Source of the DNA: an uncultured Verrucomicrobiota bacterium
Lineage (GTDB): Bacteria; Verrucomicrobiota; Verrucomicrobiia; Verrucomicrobiales; Verrucomicrobiaceae
DNA length: 40,354 nt
Direction: 5' to 3'
Assembly (NCBI GenBank): GCA_903854655.1
Contig: CAINXC010000307.1
Location: 1-40,354 of the forward strand
The notes under the pieces are model-generated. The model did not search any database, was not told the origin of the DNA, and saw only the letters and a program-made list of their open reading frames with translations. A program made the translations under genes and the position numbers. Below are positions 35,065 through 40,354 of the stretch, one piece after another; the first letter of the stretch is position 1, and the number at the start of each line of letters is the position of its first letter.

Positions 35065-35121
35065 TGGGCTGCACTTGCTTTTGACGAAGCAACCGTCAAG
35101 ACAACCCCCTCCGCAATCCCA

Positions 35122-36744
35122 ATGAAAGTCCGAATTCCAATTCTCGCTGCCATTCTGGCAGTTTCCGCCACTGCCCGTGCCGAGGTGAGCTTGCCGGCAG
35201 TGTTCAGCGACGACATGGTGCTTCAGCGCGGTGCCAAGGTCCCGGTGTGGGGCTGGGCGACGCCGGGCGAAGAGGTGAGCGTGAGTTTCGCAGGCCAGAC
35301 CCAGAAGACCAAGGCAGATGACAAAGGCGACTGGAAAGTGAGCCTTGACGCTTTGATCGAGCATGGCGAACCCACCGATTTGGTGGTCACCGGCAAGAAC
35401 ACGCTGACGGTGAAGCAGGTGCTGGTGGGCGAGGTATGGGTGTGCTCGGGCCAGTCGAACATGCAGTTGACCGTATCGGAAGCGGCTGACGCACAGAAGG
35501 AAATTGCCGACGCGAAGTTCCCCCAGATCCGCATGTTCAATGTGGAGCGCATCTCGGCGATGGCGCCGCAGAAGGACACGAAGGGAAAGTGGCTGGCATG
35601 TGATCCTGCCAATACGCCGCAGTTTTCCGCCGTGGCCTATTTCTTCGGCCGCAAGCTGCATCAAGATTTGAAGGTGCCGGTGGGCCTGATCAACACCTGC
35701 TGGGGCGGCACGCGCGCAGAGGCGTGGACCAGCCGCGAGGCGCTGGAACAACTGCCCGCCGCAAAGGCGATGCTTACCGATTGGGAGCAGCAATTGAAGA
35801 CTTTTGACCCGGCGAAGGCCAAGGCGGAGTTCGACCAAAAGCAGGCCGCGTGGACCGATGCCACGCAGAAGATCAACGCCGCCAACGCGCAGCTCCCGCC
35901 CGGCCAGCCCCAGGCCAAGCTGCCGCCCGCGCCACGCCCTGTTGAAGAGCCTTCGAAAACCCCGCACTACCCCAGCGTGCTCTACAATCAGATGATCGCG
36001 CCGATCATCCCCTATGCGATCAAGGGGGCGATCTGGTATCAGGGCGAATCCAACCAGCGGCGCGCGGTGCAGTATCAGGAATTGCTGCCGACGATGATCA
36101 ATGACTGGCGCTCCCGCTGGGGCTCGGAGTTTCCCTTCTACATCGTCCAGCTCGCCGGTTTTGGAAACGGTCATCCGGCGGCGGCTGAAGCCGGTGTTGC
36201 GGACACCTGGGCGGAGTTGCAGGAGGCGCAGATGCTCACCGCGATCACCCTCACGCACTGCGGCGTGGCAGTGGCCAATGACATCGGCGACGAGGGCAAC
36301 ATCCACCCGAAGAACAAGCAGGAGGTGGGCCGCCGTCTGGCGCTGTGGGCGCTGGCGAAGGACTACGGCCGGCTGGAGCTGGAATACAGCGGCCCGATCT
36401 ACAAGAGCAGCAAGGTCGAGGGCAAGAAGGTGCGTGTTCAATTCACCCACGCGAAGGGATTGAAGACCCGCGACGGCGGCGAGCTTCAGCATTTCCAGAT
36501 CGCCGGCGCCGACCAGAAGTGGGTTTGGGGCAAGGCCAAGATTGAAGGCAACGAGGTGGTGGTGTGGAGCGACCAGGTTGCGAAGCCCGTGGGCGTGCGT
36601 TATGCCTGGGCTGCCTGGGCGCCCAAGGCCAATCTCATCAATGGAGCGGGGCTGCCTGCATCATGCTTCCGCACCGATGAGTTTCTGCTCAGCACTCTGG
36701 GCGTGGTGTCGCCGTTCGCGGAGAATGCGACCGCGAAGAAGTAG
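35122..36744 (+). CDS. sialate O-acetylesterase (SASA/SGNH-type carbohydrate esterase), secreted
   Basis: Signal peptide. The GQSNM nucleophile motif sits in VWVCSGQSNMQ. ~540 aa with a C-terminal DUF303-like region (…IWYQGESN…). Confidence 0.8.
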   Translation: MKVRIPILAAILAVSATARAEVSLPAVFSDDMVLQRGAKVPVWGWATPGEEVSVSFAGQTQKTKADDKGDWKVSLDALIEHGEPTDLVVTGKNTLTVKQVLVGEVWVCSGQSNMQLTVSEAADAQKEIADAKFPQIRMFNVERISAMAPQKDTKGKWLACDPANTPQFSAVAYFFGRKLHQDLKVPVGLINTCWGGTRAEAWTSREALEQLPAAKAMLTDWEQQLKTFDPAKAKAEFDQKQAAWTDATQKINAANAQLPPGQPQAKLPPAPRPVEEPSKTPHYPSVLYNQMIAPIIPYAIKGAIWYQGESNQRRAVQYQELLPTMINDWRSRWGSEFPFYIVQLAGFGNGHPAAAEAGVADTWAELQEAQMLTAITLTHCGVAVANDIGDEGNIHPKNKQEVGRRLALWALAKDYGRLELEYSGPIYKSSKVEGKKVRVQFTHAKGLKTRDGGELQHFQIAGADQKWVWGKAKIEGNEVVVWSDQVAKPVGVRYAWAAWAPKANLINGAGLPASCFRTDEFLLSTLGVVSPFAENATAKK

Positions 36745-36747
36745 GCG

Positions 36748-38070
36748 TCACCGCTCAACGATCTTGCCTGCGCTCCTGCCGCTGCCGTTCCATAAATAGA
36801 CGGTGCCGTCATGCGCGCCGGCGAAGATGGTTTTCGCGTCCTTGGTGATGGCCACACAGTAGAGCATCTGGTTCACGCCTTCGAGCTTCTGCTCCTTCGC
36901 TGTGTCGCTGCGCTGATCGCCGGTGTGCCTCACCAGTTCGCGGTAAATGCTGCCACCGCCCTTTTCGGTGGTGGTCACCAGCGCCGCGCCATCCGGTGTC
37001 CAGGCGAGGGCGGTATAGACCACCTTCTTGTCGCCAAGCATCACTTCCTGCTCGCGGCTGCTGACGCCCCAGACCTTGACTTCCTTGTCGGCGCTGGCGG
37101 TGGCGAGCTGGGTCGCGTCCTTGTTGAAGGCCACGGCAAGCACATGATTGGTGTGGCCTTCGTAGAAGGCGATGAGCTTGCCATCGGCGGTGTTCCAAAG
37201 CTTCGCCAGCTTGTCGGCGGCGCCGCTGGCCAATGACTTGCCGTCGGGCGAAAGGCGCAGGCCGTAGATGGTGTCTTCATGCGCCTTCCAGGTGGCCAGA
37301 ATCTTGCCCTCCTCGAAGGCGATGCGGTGGATGAAGCCGCTCACGCCGGGCTGCCCGTCGGAGGCGAAGAGAGTGGTGTTGTCCTGGGCGAACGCGAGGG
37401 CCGTGATGTTGCCCACGAGGGAGCTGCCGAGATTCTTCACCTCGCGCCAGGTGCTCACGTCCCAGACCTTCAGGCAGCGGAAGCCGCCCGTGGCCAGCCA
37501 TTTGCCATCGGGGCTCCAGGCGAGGCTTTGGATCGCCTCGGTGTGGCCGCCGAGGTGCTGGTCCAGGGGGCGGCCGGGCTTGGTCAGGTCGTACACGCAG
37601 AGAATGTTTGCACGCGCCACCGCCAGTGACTTCTCGTCTGGCGACAAGGCGATGGCGAGGACGGGCTGGTAGCTTGCCGGCATGGCGGTGAGGGTCACAG
37701 GCTGCACGGCGGGCAGCTCATCGAAGACACTCGCATTCCAAACGGCTCCTTCATTGATCCAGGCCTGCACCGCCGCTGCGGCGGCCGGATCGAGCTGCTT
37801 CTTTGGGGGCATGTGTGGATCATTGTCCCTGGCGAGCACTTGCAGAAGCAGGCTGTCGGCAGCCTTTCCAGGAACCACGGAGGGGCCGTTGTCACCGCCC
37901 TTGAGCATCTTTTCACGGGTGTTGAGGATGAGCCCGCCTTTGGCCTTGCCGGGCTTGTGACAGCCGATGCATTCATCGCGCAGCACCCGCATCGCGGGCA
38001 GCGATGAATCCGCGCGGGCGCTCAGCGTGAGGAGAATGAAGAGACTGCCAGCGAAGGAACGAAAGGACAT
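36748..38070 (-). CDS. cytochrome c domain (CxxCH, planctomycete-type) fused to a WD40 beta-propeller, secreted
   Basis: Signal peptide from the ATG at 38070, then CIGCHKPGKAKGGL heme motif with PHMPP, followed by ~7 WD40-like repeats (…GHTEAIQSLAWSPDGKWLATGG…, …LWNTADGKL…). Confidence 0.75.
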   Translation of the reverse strand: MSFRSFAGSLFILLTLSARADSSLPAMRVLRDECIGCHKPGKAKGGLILNTREKMLKGGDNGPSVVPGKAADSLLLQVLARDNDPHMPPKKQLDPAAAAAVQAWINEGAVWNASVFDELPAVQPVTLTAMPASYQPVLAIALSPDEKSLAVARANILCVYDLTKPGRPLDQHLGGHTEAIQSLAWSPDGKWLATGGFRCLKVWDVSTWREVKNLGSSLVGNITALAFAQDNTTLFASDGQPGVSGFIHRIAFEEGKILATWKAHEDTIYGLRLSPDGKSLASGAADKLAKLWNTADGKLIAFYEGHTNHVLAVAFNKDATQLATASADKEVKVWGVSSREQEVMLGDKKVVYTALAWTPDGAALVTTTEKGGGSIYRELVRHTGDQRSDTAKEQKLEGVNQMLYCVAITKDAKTIFAGAHDGTVYLWNGSGRSAGKIVER

Positions 38071-38151
38071 GAAAACCAATACGTGGCCGCAGCCGCCCCT
38101 GTTACAGCGCGGGTCGAACAGCAAGGAAGGGGACGGGTCATGAGCGGCAAC

Positions 38152-38186
38152 AAAAAAGGCGGCCGGTGAGGGCCGCCTTTAAAAAA
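38152..38186 (-). terminator. bidirectional rho-independent terminator downstream of the pseudopilin gene
   Basis: AAAAAA-GGCGGCC-ggtgag-GGCCGCC-TTTAAAAAA. The 7-bp GC stem is flanked by A/T runs on both strands. Confidence 0.65.
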
Positions 38187-38218
38187 CTGGCAGAGAAGGT
38201 TCTGCCGGTCCGGACTGG

Positions 38219-38809
38219 TCAGTTGCGCCAGGAAACCACGTCGTCCTTGGTGTGCAGCTTCTTGTCCTCGCCGAGGCTCATGCCGGCGACTCCCATTATG
38301 AGGTTGGGCGAGGCGCCGCGGGAGATCGTGGAGTCTTCGTTTTTGAGGTCCGGGTTCGCGATCTTGTTGTCGTAGTTGGCATCAAGAATGACCTCGTACG
38401 CCTCGCCCCAAGGGTCCATCAGGGAATAGTTGCCATCACTGCCTGCCAGGCCGCCCGCGCCGTTCTGTGCGAGCGGCGGCTCGATGTAGGCGATCTGGCG
38501 CGGGTTGAGCTTCGCTTCGTTCTGGCCCAGCAGGATCTTCAGGATCTGGGCGCCCTGGCTGAGAGCAATGGGCTCCTCAGTGGTGTTTCCGGGAGGCAGC
38601 GGGTAGCGGTTGTATTCGACCTGGTAGTTCTTGATGCCGAGCGTGATGTCCTTCAAGGCCGCCTGCGCCTTCACCTTCTTCGCCTTCCTCATCACCCCGG
38701 TGATGGCGGGGAACGCAAGACCGGCAAGGATGGCGATGATGCCGATGACCACGAGCATTTCGATCAGGGTGAAGGCTCGCTTTGAAAAGGGGGTGATTCG
38801 TGATGTCAT
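38219..38809 (-). CDS. prepilin-type N-terminal cleavage/methylation domain protein (type II secretion pseudopilin-like)
   Basis: The N-terminus (MTSRITPFSKRAFTLIEMLVVIGIIAILAGLAFPA) is the class-III signal/pilin motif. ~196 aa. Members of this family are numerous in PVC genomes. Confidence 0.75.
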   Translation of the reverse strand: MTSRITPFSKRAFTLIEMLVVIGIIAILAGLAFPAITGVMRKAKKVKAQAALKDITLGIKNYQVEYNRYPLPPGNTTEEPIALSQGAQILKILLGQNEAKLNPRQIAYIEPPLAQNGAGGLAGSDGNYSLMDPWGEAYEVILDANYDNKIANPDLKNEDSTISRGASPNLIMGVAGMSLGEDKKLHTKDDVVSWRN

Positions 38810-39031
38810 GAGACGAAGGGTGTTGATGGGGGGTTGGACAGCAGCCGGAAGACAATGTTTGAACAACACCGATGGCTAAATGCAGAGTAGCGAAAAACCC
38901 CGCCGCCCGTCAATCCCAGACTTGCGCGCCGCCGGACAATCGCGGCCCGTGAGCAACGTTCCGTGATCACTGGTTGAAGCGGAAAGGATCACGCGCATGG
39001 TGCGCGCCCTCATGCGCCTTGCACATCACTG

Positions 39032-39060
39032 TTGACAGTGCAACGCCTCCACATACTCTT
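39032..39060 (+). promoter_or_regulatory. candidate ppdK promoter (consensus TTGACA -35 inside a short inverted repeat, weak TACTCT -10)
   Basis: tgTTGACAgtg lies within the dyad CACTG-ttga-CAGTG. A CA-rich ~70 nt leader precedes the ATG at 39136. Confidence 0.25.
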
Positions 39061-39135
39061 GCGCTTTAACTGGCTCAAGACAAAACAACAACACGACACA
39101 AGCGATTAACAAATAGCATCGCTTTTTCCTCCAAT

Positions 39136-40354
39136 ATGGCGAAGACAGCATCAAAGGCGGGCGCAAGCAAAGGCGCATCAAGCAAGGTGAAATACGTTTA
39201 CACATGGGGAGACGGACGCGCAGACGGCGACGGATCCATGAAACCTCTGCTTGGCGGCAAAGGCGCCAACCTCGCCGAAATGAGCCGCATCGGCCTGCCG
39301 GTGCCTCCCGGGTTCACGATCACGACGGAAGTTTGCACGTACTTCTACGCCAACAAGAAGACCTACCCGGTCGAGCTGCAGAAGCAGATGGAGCAGGGCG
39401 TTGCAGCCATGGAGAAGATCATGGGCTACAAGTTCGGTGATGCCAAGGGCTTCCCGCTTCTCGTCGCGGTGCGCTCCGGTGCGCGCGATTCGATGCCCGG
39501 CATGATGGACACCATCCTGAACCTCGGTCTGAACGACCAGACGGTGCTTTCGCTGGTGGCCGCCACCAAGAACGAACGCTTCGCATGGGACTGCTACCGC
39601 CGCTTCGTGCAGATGTATGGCGACGTGGTGCTTGGCGTGCAAAAGCGCGAAGGCGAAGATCATGAGCCCTTTGAAGTGGCCATCGAAACCTTCAAGCATG
39701 AAAAGTATCACAAGGACATCGTCGACAGCGAACTGACCGCCGAAGACCAGCAGGAGCTGGTGAAGCGTTTCAAGGCCCTCGTCAAAGAGCGCACCGGCCA
39801 CGGCTTCCCAAGCGATCCGTGGGAACAGCTTCGCGGTGCCGCCGGCGCTGTGTTCGGTTCCTGGATGAATGACCGCGCGATCGTGTATCGCCGCAAGTAT
39901 GGGATCCCCGCCGAGTGGGGCACCGCCGTCAACGTCCAGGCCATGGTGTTCGGCAACACAGGCAACGATTCGGGTTCCGGCGTGGCATTCACCCGCAACC
40001 CGGCCAACGGCGTCAATGAATTCTACGGTGAGTTCCTCATCAATGCTCAGGGCGAAGACGTCGTTGCCGGGGTGCGCACTCCGGAGCCTGTGCTCCAGCT
40101 CAAGGAGGAGATGCCGAAGTCCTATGCCGAACTGATGAAGGTGCGTTCCACTCTGGAAAAGCATTTCAAGGATGTGCAGGACATTGAGTTCACCGTCCAG
40201 CAGGGCAAGCTCTTCATGCTGCAGACCCGTAACGGCAAGCGTACCGCACCGGCTGCCATCAAGATTGCCGTCGATATGGTGGCGGAAGGGCTGATCGATG
40301 AGAAAACAGCGGTAAAGCGGGTTGCCCCCGAACAGCTGGATCAACTGCTGCATC
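39136..40354 (+). CDS. ppdK: pyruvate, phosphate dikinase (N-terminal part; CDS runs off the right window edge)
   Basis: [67 protein letters not shown]… is the PPDK N-terminal ATP-grasp/nucleotide-binding domain. No stop appears in frame to the end of the window. The minus-strand ORF 39178..40353 is antisense artefact. Confidence 0.9.
   Translation, partial: MAKTASKAGASKGASSKVKYVYTWGDGRADGDGSMKPLLGGKGANLAEMSRIGLPVPPGFTITTEVCTYFYANKKTYPVELQKQMEQGVAAMEKIMGYKFGDAKGFPLLVAVRSGARDSMPGMMDTILNLGLNDQTVLSLVAATKNERFAWDCYRRFVQMYGDVVLGVQKREGEDHEPFEVAIETFKHEKYHKDIVDSELTAEDQQELVKRFKALVKERTGHGFPSDPWEQLRGAAGAVFGSWMNDRAIVYRRKYGIPAEWGTAVNVQAMVFGNTGNDSGSGVAFTRNPANGVNEFYGEFLINAQGEDVVAGVRTPEPVLQLKEEMPKSYAELMKVRSTLEKHFKDVQDIEFTVQQGKLFMLQTRNGKRTAPAAIKIAVDMVAEGLIDEKTAVKRVAPEQLDQLLH

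Noticed and set aside
1-40354. CRISPR arrays, tRNA and rRNA genes
   Set aside because: No regularly spaced direct repeats were seen. No cloverleaf-like ~75-nt segments with a CCA context appear in the intergenic regions, all of which are short. No rRNA-like conserved blocks.

Overview
This ~40.4 kb window is high-GC (~60-65 %), gene-dense bacterial chromosome. Several genes are hallmarks of the Planctomycetes-Verrucomicrobia (PVC) superphylum, so a Verrucomicrobia-like source is plausible. The hallmarks are a giant dehydrogenase-propeller/HEAT/CxxCH cytochrome c fusion, a cytochrome c-WD40 fusion, and a prepilin-type pseudopilin. I found no rRNA, tRNA or CRISPR array. Left to right the window contains: the 3' tail of an IS630-family transposase at the window edge; a minus-strand efflux operon (tetR, frameshifted tolC/NodT-like outer membrane factor, HlyD-family adaptor, ABC ATPase, FtsX/MacB-like permease) with overlapping stop/start codons; a secreted DUF4091-like protein and an OpcA-like protein; a LolA-like protein; a secreted EF-hand protein; a lipoprotein; a HAD hydrolase; ilvC with a clear terminator; a Cys-type arylsulfatase; a DUF433/DUF5615 toxin-antitoxin (TA)-like pair with a truncated toxin, abutting a lower-GC two-gene membrane-protein cassette of unknown function; the giant dehydrogenase-HEAT-cytochrome c protein; YicC; a Uma2-family endonuclease; a putative amino-sugar/N-acetylmuramic acid (MurNAc) salvage cluster (esterase, TAT-exported sugar-phosphate isomerase, MFS transporter, fused BadF-type kinase + MurQ etherase); a translationally coupled small protein + membrane-anchored dual-specificity phosphatase, divergent from a flotillin/SPFH protein carrying an internal duplication; a second lower-GC islet with a RelE/ParE-antitoxin pair, a YciI-like protein and membrane proteins; bioA; sialate O-acetylesterase; the cytochrome c-WD40 protein; the pseudopilin with its own terminator; and the 5' part of ppdK. 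The long antisense ORFs in the six-frame track are treated as GC-driven artefacts. All functional calls come from motif and sequence recognition by eye; no database search was run.
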